Source: Bacteroidales bacterium (GTDB taxonomy: Bacteria > Bacteroidota > Bacteroidia > Bacteroidales > JAFGXI01). From it: a stretch of DNA of 64,000 nt. The stretch covers positions 72,611 to 136,610 of the forward strand of contig JAFGXI010000010.1 in assembly GCA_016936665.1 (NCBI GenBank), in the 5' to 3' direction. Both the position numbers and the translations under genes were made by a program. Positions within the stretch are counted from its first letter, which is position 1. Each line of letters begins with the position of its first letter. This document shows, piece after piece, positions 37,809 through 45,892 of the stretch. Under the pieces are notes generated by a model. It was not told where the DNA came from. It saw only the letters and a list, made by a program, of their open reading frames with translations, and ran no database searches.

Positions 37809-37822
37809 ATAGAAAATTAAAC

Positions 37823-38320
37823 ATGGCAAAAATTACACTTAAAGGCAATTCAATAAACACTTCTGGAAATTTACCTGAAGTTGGTTCAAATGCAAAAAAT
37901 TTCAATCTAGTTGCTGCTGATTTAAGTGTTAAAAGCTTAAATGATTTCGCTGGTCATAAGTTAGTTTTAAATATTTTTCCAAGTTTAGACACAGGCACTT
38001 GCGCCGCTTCTGTAAGAAGATTTAACAAGGAAGCCTCTAATTTAGATAACACAAAAGTTCTTTGTATTTCTAAAGACTTGCCATTTGCACAAGCTAGATT
38101 TTGTGGCGCTGAAGGTTTAGATAATGTTATTACATTATCAGATTTCAGAACAGATTTCACAAAACAATATGGTTTAGAAATTGCTGATGGCCCATTAGCC
38201 GGACTGGCTTCAAGAGTTGTGATTATTCTTGACGAATCGGGTAAAGTTGTATACACACAACAAGTTCCTGAAATTGTTGACGAACCAAATTACGACGAAG
38301 CATTGTCCATTCTTAAGTAA
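37823..38320 (+). CDS. tpx: Thiol peroxidase (atypical 2-Cys peroxiredoxin)
   Basis: 165 aa. PSLDTGTCA peroxidatic Cys motif and resolving Cys in ARFCGAEG. Whole length resembles Tpx. Confidence 0.93.
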   Translation: MAKITLKGNSINTSGNLPEVGSNAKNFNLVAADLSVKSLNDFAGHKLVLNIFPSLDTGTCAASVRRFNKEASNLDNTKVLCISKDLPFAQARFCGAEGLDNVITLSDFRTDFTKQYGLEIADGPLAGLASRVVIILDESGKVVYTQQVPEIVDEPNYDEALSILK

Positions 38321-38346
38321 GTTTTTTTTTCATAATAGTTAGTTTT

Positions 38347-38376
38347 GCGCCTGGGAGTCCTTCCTGGGCGTTTTTA
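38347..38376 (+). terminator. Rho-independent terminator after tpx
   Basis: CGCCTGGGA-gtcct-TCCTGGGCG (9-bp stem including two G-U pairs) followed by TTTTT. Confidence 0.7.
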
Positions 38377-38414
38377 TTGAAATAAAATATTATCTTTATT
38401 TAAAATATTTTATT

Positions 38415-38810
38415 ATGAACCCATTTAAAACCAAAATATTACCGATTCTTCTTTCTACTATTTGGATTGTTACTTCTGAGTTTGTAAGAAATGAGTTACT
38501 CTTTAAACAGCTTTGGATTGAACATTATCAAGCATTGGGAATAATTTTCCCTTCTGAACCTATCAATGGAATAGTATGGGTAATTTGGTCGCTGATAAGC
38601 AGTGTACTTATCTTTAAATTATATCAAAAATTTAGTTTTTGGGAAACAATTACCCTAGCTTGGGTTTTCTGTTTTATTCTAATGTGGCTTGTTATTGGCA
38701 ATTTAAACGTCTTACCCTATCGCATTTTATACTTTGCAATCCCACTAAGCTTTTTAGAAGTTTTACTGGCAGGTTTTATCATTCATCTCTTTAACACAAA
38801 AAAGATTTAA
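38415..38810 (+). CDS. Small integral membrane protein (about 4 TM), function unknown
   Basis: 131 aa, strongly hydrophobic. The stop is 1 nt before the next gene's ATG. Confidence 0.6.
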   Translation: MNPFKTKILPILLSTIWIVTSEFVRNELLFKQLWIEHYQALGIIFPSEPINGIVWVIWSLISSVLIFKLYQKFSFWETITLAWVFCFILMWLVIGNLNVLPYRILYFAIPLSFLEVLLAGFIIHLFNTKKI

Positions 38811-38811
38811 A

Positions 38812-40542
38812 ATGCTTTATAGTTTTAAAAAATATCAAATAACAGAGATTGAAGATGCAATCACTATCGACGGTATTAAGTTTAACAGTCATGTTATTGT
38901 TCGATTTTACGACGCCTACGACTTGCCTTTGCAAGAAATAAAATTAGGCGTAAAACCTATAGAAGCATTAGTAAGCGAATATGTCGAAAATAAAAACATT
39001 ATTCTCCATAATTGTTTTATAAAAAACCTTAATTTAAAAAAAGCGCTTAATATTGAAGATCGTATCGAATGCAAAACATTAAGTATAAAAAATTCCGTTA
39101 TTGAAGCCGATACAATAACCGACTTTTCAAAACTAAACATCGATTCTGAATTAACAGAGTTTTCATACAATTATGTACTGAAAGGCAAATTAACATTGCA
39201 TGGAAGCAAACTTTCTGCTAAAGACAATGACTTTTCAAATAACGTTTACAAAAACATTGAAACCGACTTCTCGAACACTCATTGGGGCAACAATATAAAC
39301 TCCTTTAAAAATTCAGTTTTTTTCGATGGCTTTAAAAATTTTCAGTACGCTAACTTCGCAAGCGGAGAAGCAAATTTCACCAATGTAGACTTCGGCAATG
39401 GCGATGTAGCCTTTATTAATGTAGACTTTAAGAACGCAAAAGCCAATTTTAAAGTTGCTAATTTTAACAAGGGGAAAGTCGATTTTCACTACACTCATTT
39501 TGGCAAAAAAGACACAAGCTTCGAACGTGTCAATTTCGGAGAAGGAACGGTCGATTTTAGCAAAGTAGACTTTGGAGAATCTAAAGTAAATTTTAATCGT
39601 TCAAAGTTCGAAAAGGGAGATGTTAACTTCGAAGGTATCGAATTAAAAAATGGCAAATTAACCTTTAAAAAAACTATTTTTGGCGATAATGCAATTAACT
39701 TTTCAGAAGCCTTGTGCCCAAATTCAATTTTTTTATTTCAATCGGCACTTTTAGGATCTTCTACATTCAGTTTTAAAGAAGCTGTTGTTAAAAGCCTTTC
39801 ATTTCAATCTTGTCATTTAAACGGGTACGCCGACTTTAGGGTTAAATCGGTTGAAGAAATCGACTTAAGAGATAGTGTTGTAAGAGATTTGTTAGATTTT
39901 ATACCCTACGATAAACCAGTTGAAATTGCAACACTTCAATTGTTTGGCATGCGTTTAATTGGAAAACTATTCATAGACTGGAACCTTAACAATGTTCATC
40001 AGCTTATAGAAAATCAATCCAACACAACACCATCGGAAAAAGCATACCAATACAGATTATTAAAAGAAAACTTTCATAATACAGGGGAATATATAGCCGA
40101 AGATCAAGCTTATGTTGCCTTCAAAAGAATGGAATCGAAAAATGAATACGAACAAATAGGTAAACAAGCCGCTTTACGAAAATATTCGATTCTCCTGCCC
40201 GTTTATTATTTTAAAGAATTATTGCTAGATAAAGCAGGTTTGTACGCAACATCGCCCGTTAGAGTATTGTGGAGCATGCTTATCACTTATGTATTCTTTA
40301 GTCTGATAATTGCAATTTCGGCAATTCTCCAGCTTGGAAGCTTGACTGGAACAAAATCCTTCGATATTTGGCAAATAACAGCCGATTCCTTTTACTTTAG
40401 TATAATAACATACCTTACTGTTGGCTATGGCGATTATTGCCCAATAGGGTTTGAAAAATGGCTTGCCGGTATCGAAGGATTTGTAGGCGTTTTTTTAATG
40501 GCTTACTTCACCGTTGCCTTTGTAAGAAGAATTTTAAGGTAA
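38812..40542 (+). CDS. Pentapeptide-repeat domain fused to a 2-TM potassium-channel pore
   Basis: 576 aa. aa ~140-345 carry about 10 double pentapeptide units (ANFTNVDFGNGDVAFINVDFKNAKANFKVANFNKGKVDFHYTHFGKKDTSFERVNFGEGTVDFSKVDFGESKVNFNRSKFEKGDVNF...). The C-terminus has TM1 (VLWSMLITYVFFSLIIAISAIL), a pore helix plus selectivity filter SFYFSIITYLTVGYGDY (TVGYGD at nt 40417-40434), and TM2 (WLAGIEGFVGVFLMAYFTVAFV). Confidence 0.85.
   Translation: MLYSFKKYQITEIEDAITIDGIKFNSHVIVRFYDAYDLPLQEIKLGVKPIEALVSEYVENKNIILHNCFIKNLNLKKALNIEDRIECKTLSIKNSVIEADTITDFSKLNIDSELTEFSYNYVLKGKLTLHGSKLSAKDNDFSNNVYKNIETDFSNTHWGNNINSFKNSVFFDGFKNFQYANFASGEANFTNVDFGNGDVAFINVDFKNAKANFKVANFNKGKVDFHYTHFGKKDTSFERVNFGEGTVDFSKVDFGESKVNFNRSKFEKGDVNFEGIELKNGKLTFKKTIFGDNAINFSEALCPNSIFLFQSALLGSSTFSFKEAVVKSLSFQSCHLNGYADFRVKSVEEIDLRDSVVRDLLDFIPYDKPVEIATLQLFGMRLIGKLFIDWNLNNVHQLIENQSNTTPSEKAYQYRLLKENFHNTGEYIAEDQAYVAFKRMESKNEYEQIGKQAALRKYSILLPVYYFKELLLDKAGLYATSPVRVLWSMLITYVFFSLIIAISAILQLGSLTGTKSFDIWQITADSFYFSIITYLTVGYGDYCPIGFEKWLAGIEGFVGVFLMAYFTVAFVRRILR
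39229..39847 (+). repeat. Pentapeptide (A/S/N-D/N-F-x-x) tandem repeats, protein level, inside the channel gene
   Basis: A regular 5/10-residue periodicity of Phe (..F....F) is visible over about 200 aa. Confidence 0.8.
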
Positions 40543-40617
40543 TAGCGAAATCTGTAAAACATTCGCAAAAACAATAAAAATATATTAGAAAATGATTCAT
40601 AATTTTCGATTAATAAT

Positions 40618-40625
40618 TATCTTTG
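40618..40625 (+). promoter_or_regulatory. -7 promoter box (TAnnTTTG) for rpsU
   Basis: TATCTTTG, 26 nt upstream of the rpsU ATG. Confidence 0.4.
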
Positions 40626-40650
40626 CACTCCATTAAAAAAGATTTAGAAA

Positions 40651-40842
40651 ATGATTGTAGTACCTGTTAAAGAAGGCGAAAACATAGAACGCTCTTTAAA
40701 AAAGTATAAGAGAAAATTCGAGAAGACTGGAGTAATGAAGGAATTAAGAAATCGTAAAGCTTATAAGAAGCCTTCTATCGCTCGTAGAGAAGAAAAAATT
40801 AAAGCCATTTATAAACAGCAACTTCGTGAAGCTGATTTATAA
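40651..40842 (+). CDS. rpsU: 30S ribosomal protein S21
   Basis: 63 aa. IVVPVKEGENIERSLKKYKRKFEKTGVMKELRNRKAYKKPS is the typical bS21 sequence. Confidence 0.95.
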   Translation: MIVVPVKEGENIERSLKKYKRKFEKTGVMKELRNRKAYKKPSIARREEKIKAIYKQQLREADL

Positions 40843-40880
40843 TTAGGTTTATTTCACAGAATAAATTTGGAAAATCTGTC

Positions 40881-40912
40881 ATCACAACCTATATTTAGGT
40901 TGTGATTATTTG
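40881..40912 (+). terminator. Hairpin / probable terminator or attenuator after rpsU
   Basis: ATCACAACCT-atattt-AGGTTGTGAT perfect 10-bp stem followed by TATTTG. Overlaps the track's GTG start at 40912, which favours the ATG at 40930 for xerC. Confidence 0.55.
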
Positions 40913-40929
40913 TGCTTAGAGGTTTAGCA

Positions 40930-41820
40930 ATGATAGACTTGATTACCCGATATATTAATTATCTTAAATTTGAAAAACGCTATTCCTCGCTTACTGTTGT
41001 TGCTTACCAAAAAGATTTATTGCAATTTATTGATTATCTGAGCGAATACTCAGATATAACATCATGGGATCAAATCTCATCAAAAGATATTCGCTCTTGG
41101 TTAGCGCGTTTAATGGAAGAAAAATATACGGCAAAATCGGTTAACAGAAAACTTTCTACATTGAAGTCGTTGTATCGTTTTAATGTAAAAAACAGTCTTT
41201 CTCATCACAATCCTGCATCGGTAGTTGTGGCCCCAAAAATCAGAAAAAGTTTACCAAAATTTATCGAAGAACCTCAAATCAATCAATTACTCGATCATTT
41301 TCCCAATGAAGAAACATTCGAAGGTTTACGAAATAAATTAATAGTAGCTTTGTTCTATCACACAGGCATGCGTTTGTCCGAATTAATAAATATTCGACTT
41401 TACAATATTGATATTCAAAAACAACGAATAAAAGTGCTTGGCAAACGAAACAAAGAGCGTATTATACCGTTACAGAAAGAAGTTATCGAATTAACAAATT
41501 TCTACTTGAAAGCAAGAAACAGTCAATTGAACGGTGAAAATCAAGATTTTCTGTTCATCACAAATAAAAACAAACCGATGTATGCAAAATTGGTTTACAA
41601 TATTGTAACCCAATCGGTTGGTGGAGTCTCCACAGCTCAGAAAAAAAGCCCTCACGTATTACGACATTCATTTGCAACACACATGTTGAATAATGGTGCT
41701 GATTTAAATGCTATAAAAGAAATTTTGGGGCATGCCAACCTTGCTGCCACACAAGTATATACTCATAACTCATTTGAGAAATTGAAAAAAGCTTACCGAG
41801 AATCTCACCCTAGAGATTAA
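40930..41820 (+). CDS. xerC: Tyrosine site-specific recombinase XerC/XerD family (chromosomal, conserved rpsU-xer-hpf context)
   Basis: About 296 aa. N-terminal SAM-like core-binding domain. Catalytic region includes TGMRLSEL, HVLRHSFATH, GHANLAATQVYTH (Tyr nucleophile). Confidence 0.8.
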   Translation: MIDLITRYINYLKFEKRYSSLTVVAYQKDLLQFIDYLSEYSDITSWDQISSKDIRSWLARLMEEKYTAKSVNRKLSTLKSLYRFNVKNSLSHHNPASVVVAPKIRKSLPKFIEEPQINQLLDHFPNEETFEGLRNKLIVALFYHTGMRLSELINIRLYNIDIQKQRIKVLGKRNKERIIPLQKEVIELTNFYLKARNSQLNGENQDFLFITNKNKPMYAKLVYNIVTQSVGGVSTAQKKSPHVLRHSFATHMLNNGADLNAIKEILGHANLAATQVYTHNSFEKLKKAYRESHPRD

Positions 41821-41850
41821 TTATTAATATAAAAAGATGGAGGATTAATT

Positions 41851-42150
41851 ATGAACATTCAAATCAACTCTGTGCACTTCGATGCTGACAAGAAATTAGA
41901 AGATTTCATTACAAAAAAAGTAACCAAACTTGTAGAAAAGAATGATTATATCATTGGTGTTGACGTTACATTGAAATTAGATAACGCTCAAAACAAAGAA
42001 AATAAAGTAACAGAAATGAAGATTAATGTTAAAGGCGGAGATTTTTTCAGCAAAAAACAATCGGCTTCATTTGAAGAATCGACCGACGAAGTAGTTGAAG
42101 CATTAAGAAGACAGCTTAAAAAACACAAAGAAAAGAGCACAGATAAATAA
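41851..42150 (+). CDS. hpf: Ribosome hibernation-promoting factor / RaiA family (short form)
   Basis: 99 aa. MNIQINSVHFDADKKLEDFITKKVTKL...EESTDEVVEALRRQLKKHKEK. A GGAGGA Shine-Dalgarno-like sequence lies upstream. Confidence 0.88.
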   Translation: MNIQINSVHFDADKKLEDFITKKVTKLVEKNDYIIGVDVTLKLDNAQNKENKVTEMKINVKGGDFFSKKQSASFEESTDEVVEALRRQLKKHKEKSTDK

Positions 42151-42481
42151 CAGTCTTATAACAATTCGCAACTGACAAAGCGAGTAAATAAAAGTTATTC
42201 TGAATTATTTTACCAACGTAAAAAAAGCACAAGAAAAAATTTAGAATAACTTTTTACTATTTTTATGCTTATTCGGGTTGTACTGCAACAAATAAGCCTC
42301 TACAAAGCAAATATTTATTGATTAAAATTTGAAACTACAATTGGTTGATTATTCATAAATAGAGGCAATACTAGAATAATAAATCTGGCTTAAATTATTG
42401 ATTTTAATAAATTTAACATTAAAAAATAGTTTGGTAAAGTGATAGATTGGCATTTTAAAATTCAGTATGAGCTTTAAAATG

Positions 42482-43414
42482 TTATAATTGCTCCTTCATT
42501 AGCATAATAATGGCTCGATTTTTTTCTTCGGGAGATAATTTGGAAGAAATCCAGTTAATGTTTATTCCTCTACGTTCCATGCCTCTGTACCAAGTCATTT
42601 GCCGTTTAGCAAATTGATGTATAGCTATTTCGAGCTGTTCAAACATTTCATTGTAAGTCAACTTACCTAATAAATGAAGAGTTAGATATTTATATTCTAA
42701 GCCATAATATATCAAATCTTCGGCAGAAACTGTTTTTAGTAATTCCCTAACTTCGTCTAACATGCCTTCTTCTAACCTTTGTGTAAGTCGTCGAGTAATT
42801 TTTTTTCGCCGATCTTCTCTTTCAATATCAATGCCAATAAAAAGAGTGTTTAATTGAGGAAATTGGCTTGTAATTTCAGGGTGTTCTTTTTGATAGTTGG
42901 CAATTTCTATAGCTCGGATTGCTCTACGTTTAGTTTCTATGTCCGAACGGTTGTGCAGAGCCTTAAGATTTGAAAGCATTTGAGCCAATTCATCCAATGT
43001 TTTTCCCTCAAGCTCTTTTTGTAAAATCCTGTTAGGAGGAACTGCAGTTAAGTTAAAATCTTGCGTAACAGACTCTACGTATAATCCCGATCCTCCACAA
43101 AGAATGGGTATTTTATTTTTATCAATAATTTGATGATATGCCTTAAAAAAATCGTTCTGAAATTCGTGAATGTTATACTTGTAACCAGCATCTACAATAT
43201 CAATTAAATGATATGGAACTGTTTTTTCACCTGCCCTATATTCGCCGATGTCTTTACCGGTGCCTAGGCCCATACCTCTGTATACTTGACGAGAGTCTCC
43301 GGAAATGATTTCCGAGTTAATCTCTAAAGCCAAATCAACAGCTACTTTCGTTTTTCCGGAAGCTGTGGGGCCAATAATTGCAATTAGGGGATGTGTTGAA
43401 AGAAAATGGCTCAA
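42482..43414 (-). CDS. miaA: tRNA dimethylallyltransferase
   Basis: 310 aa. P-loop GPTASGKT, SGDSRQVYRGM.IGT.K, GGSGLY, and a C-terminal QFAKRQMTWYR motif. Confidence 0.93.
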   Translation of the reverse strand: MSHFLSTHPLIAIIGPTASGKTKVAVDLALEINSEIISGDSRQVYRGMGLGTGKDIGEYRAGEKTVPYHLIDIVDAGYKYNIHEFQNDFFKAYHQIIDKNKIPILCGGSGLYVESVTQDFNLTAVPPNRILQKELEGKTLDELAQMLSNLKALHNRSDIETKRRAIRAIEIANYQKEHPEITSQFPQLNTLFIGIDIEREDRRKKITRRLTQRLEEGMLDEVRELLKTVSAEDLIYYGLEYKYLTLHLLGKLTYNEMFEQLEIAIHQFAKRQMTWYRGMERRGININWISSKLSPEEKNRAIIMLMKEQL

Positions 43415-43415
43415 A

Positions 43416-45149
43416 TTATATTTTCTCCTTAGTAGTTAGAATATTTAGTTTTTTCACCAATTCAGCAGTTTTGAATGGTTTCGAGATATACTCATCGACA
43501 CCGGATTCCATAATCTTCTCTATATCTTTTGCCATATAATCGGAAATAACTGCAATTATTGGGACGTGGTATTTGCTACCTAATTCAATGCTTCGAATTT
43601 TACCTGCTACTTCGTAACCATTCATTACAGGCATATTGATGTCTAGCAAAATTAAGTCGTATTTGTTTTTATAAAAGAAATCGAGTCCTTCCTTCCCATT
43701 ATTAGCAATATCGATGTGCTTAATTGATTTTTCTAGAGAAAACAGAATGGTTTTTTGAGTTATTAAATTATCTTCCATTAACAAAACTTTCATCTTATTG
43801 AGTTTTTGTTTAATTAACCCTTCAATATTTTGACTATTCGCTAAGGAATTTGAGTAAGAAAGTTCGTTAATAGTTTCAGGTTTGTAGTGACTATCTTTTT
43901 GAATTTTATGATTGAAACAAATAATGTTAGATTGTTTATGCTTAGTACGTAAAATTTTTCCATCTAACGCCTCTACTAGACTGATAATTGTTTTAATGTC
44001 TTTCTCTTCTTCTGGTGCAAGAACCAACTCTTCCTGTTTTAATACCCCTTTTCTGCAATCGCTAAGAATTTTAGAATATTCTTTTTTATCATCAAGATTC
44101 GAAGATATAAAATATTTTATTTCGATATAGTTCGACGATTCAGCTCCTTTAATAATTTCGATATTGATAGCTTTACTCGACTTAATAAAATTGTCGATAA
44201 TATTGTATACGATTTGCTTCAAAACAAGAGGATTTCCATACAAAATAGCAGGAATGTTCTTGTCTATGTTAAAATGAATTTCATTTTTATAAGAACTAAA
44301 TAAATTGATTGTTTTATCGATAGCTGTGTACAAATTATACTCGGTAAAGATGCTTTTGTCGTTAATGTTTAAGCTGGAGAACTCACCAATATTGTTAATA
44401 ATATTAACAAGATTGTAGGATGCATCCTTAATGGGGTTTAGCGAAGCATCTTGTATGTTTTTATTTTTCTTTTCGTAATGATTGATACTTTCAATCATAT
44501 CGTTGGTAATGTACCTTATTTGGTTGGAAAGCTTATTTACAATAGTTTTATTTAATTCGATACTCGATTCTACCAGCTGGCCTTCGTCATTACGCTCTTT
44601 TTTAAAGAGTTCGACGGTGTATTCTTTATATACAATTAGAATTATAAGAGCGACAAGCGATGCAATAAGTCTTGGCTTAAGCGTACTATAAATAGAATCG
44701 TCTAAATAATAGTCGGGGAGCATAAAGCTTAAAACCAGCAGAATAATAAATAAAACACTAAGTATCGATCCTCTTTTCACACCCAAAATCGAGGAATAAA
44801 CAACTGGCAATGCGTAAAACCAAATGTACCCAAAACCACTTCTTCCCGAGTCGAAAACGAGGTACAGCATTGTAGCCATCATACTGAAGGCAAAAATGGA
44901 AGAAACCAATTTAAATTTTGATCTTATTTTTATTAAAACAATCAGAACAATATTAATCAATGAACTAACCAATAAGACAAAAGCCAAATTGAGAGAATTA
45001 TTGATAAACGATATTGCAGTGTAACCCAGCAAGCCTGCCGTAGTAACAAAAATTGTAACCACAAGCATCAGCTCACGGTAGGCCATCTCGTGTTTACCGA
45101 TGTTGAAAAATTGCTTTAACCATAATGTAAGCTGTGAAAGTAGTTTCAT
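43416..45149 (-). CDS. Hybrid sensor kinase-like protein with receiver domain; kinase core appears degenerate
   Basis: 577 aa. About 6 N-terminal TM helices. The DHp-like segment KLSNQIRYITNDMIESI sits where SHEIRTPLN is expected, with Asn at the His position. An N-box-like NIIDNFIKS is present but no DxGxG / GxGxG boxes were seen. The C-terminal REC domain is intact (VLLMEDN, LILLDINMPVMNG, ISKPF). The stop is 1 nt from the miaA start. Confidence 0.7.
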   Translation of the reverse strand: MKLLSQLTLWLKQFFNIGKHEMAYRELMLVVTIFVTTAGLLGYTAISFINNSLNLAFVLLVSSLINIVLIVLIKIRSKFKLVSSIFAFSMMATMLYLVFDSGRSGFGYIWFYALPVVYSSILGVKRGSILSVLFIILLVLSFMLPDYYLDDSIYSTLKPRLIASLVALIILIVYKEYTVELFKKERNDEGQLVESSIELNKTIVNKLSNQIRYITNDMIESINHYEKKNKNIQDASLNPIKDASYNLVNIINNIGEFSSLNINDKSIFTEYNLYTAIDKTINLFSSYKNEIHFNIDKNIPAILYGNPLVLKQIVYNIIDNFIKSSKAINIEIIKGAESSNYIEIKYFISSNLDDKKEYSKILSDCRKGVLKQEELVLAPEEEKDIKTIISLVEALDGKILRTKHKQSNIICFNHKIQKDSHYKPETINELSYSNSLANSQNIEGLIKQKLNKMKVLLMEDNLITQKTILFSLEKSIKHIDIANNGKEGLDFFYKNKYDLILLDINMPVMNGYEVAGKIRSIELGSKYHVPIIAVISDYMAKDIEKIMESGVDEYISKPFKTAELVKKLNILTTKEKI

Positions 45150-45190
45150 AAAGTATTTCGAAATTCAGTCTAAAATAGACAAAATATCAA

Positions 45191-45198
45191 TAAATTTG
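45191..45198 (+). promoter_or_regulatory. -7 promoter box (TAnnTTTG)
   Basis: TAAATTTG, 18-24 nt upstream of the ATGs at 45216/45222. Confidence 0.35.
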
Positions 45199-45215
45199 TG
45201 TAAATATGTTAAAAA

Positions 45216-45881
45216 ATGTACATGAATAAAAACTTTGTAAAGTTGATTTTATTTTTGGTAGTATGCTTTGGTCAATTAAAAGCAAAGGCTCAAGATTCAA
45301 TTCTATATTCAATTGAATTTAAATTTAATGAAGGTTTGTTTTTTGATTTTGAACAAGTTAAGCTTAATCGGCCTATTCCTTTTGCAAATGTTATCTTCGA
45401 AACATCGTATAAAGAAAAAGGATTTGTAAACGACTTGTTAAAGTCCGAAGAAATAACATACGTTCAAAATGGAACTTCGCAAAAGATCAAGAAAAGTCAA
45501 CTTTGGGGGTATTCAAATAATGGCATTTTGTACATTCAGATAAACAGCTCATTTTACAGAATTCCAAAATTAGGAAAGATTTCTTTTTTTGTGTCGGTAG
45601 AAGAAGTAGAGTATTATGCAGGCAACAGCGCATGGGATTCTTATGCAACGCCTTATAACAATACATACACAACAACTGAAATGCGTCAGTTTCTAATGAG
45701 TTATGATACTGGATATATTTACAATTATAGTATAGAAAATGTGGCAAAACTAATAAGTGAAGATGCCGATTTATTAAACGAATTTGTAGCTTTAAAAAAA
45801 CGTAAACAAAAGATGTTGGCCTTTAGTTTTATTAACAGATACAACGATAAGCACCCAATATATTTTCCGATAAACAACTAA
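45216..45881 (+). CDS. Hypothetical secreted protein
   Basis: 221 aa. Signal peptide (LILFLVVCFGQLKAKAQ). No motif I recognise. Confidence 0.55.
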   Translation: MYMNKNFVKLILFLVVCFGQLKAKAQDSILYSIEFKFNEGLFFDFEQVKLNRPIPFANVIFETSYKEKGFVNDLLKSEEITYVQNGTSQKIKKSQLWGYSNNGILYIQINSSFYRIPKLGKISFFVSVEEVEYYAGNSAWDSYATPYNNTYTTTEMRQFLMSYDTGYIYNYSIENVAKLISEDADLLNEFVALKKRKQKMLAFSFINRYNDKHPIYFPINN

Positions 45882-45892
45882 TATTACAAACT

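Noticed and set aside
39229-39847. Strong short-period repetition, considered as a tandem DNA repeat or CRISPR-like array
   Set aside because: The periodicity is 15/30 nt at the protein level (pentapeptide repeats) inside a long intact ORF. The nucleotide units are degenerate, and there is no repeat-spacer structure.
40930-41820. Tyrosine recombinase, considered as a marker of an integrative mobile element
   Set aside because: It sits in the conserved Bacteroidota housekeeping arrangement rpsU - xerC/D-like recombinase - hpf. It has no flanking direct repeats, tRNA target or cargo genes. It is best read as a chromosomal Xer-type recombinase.
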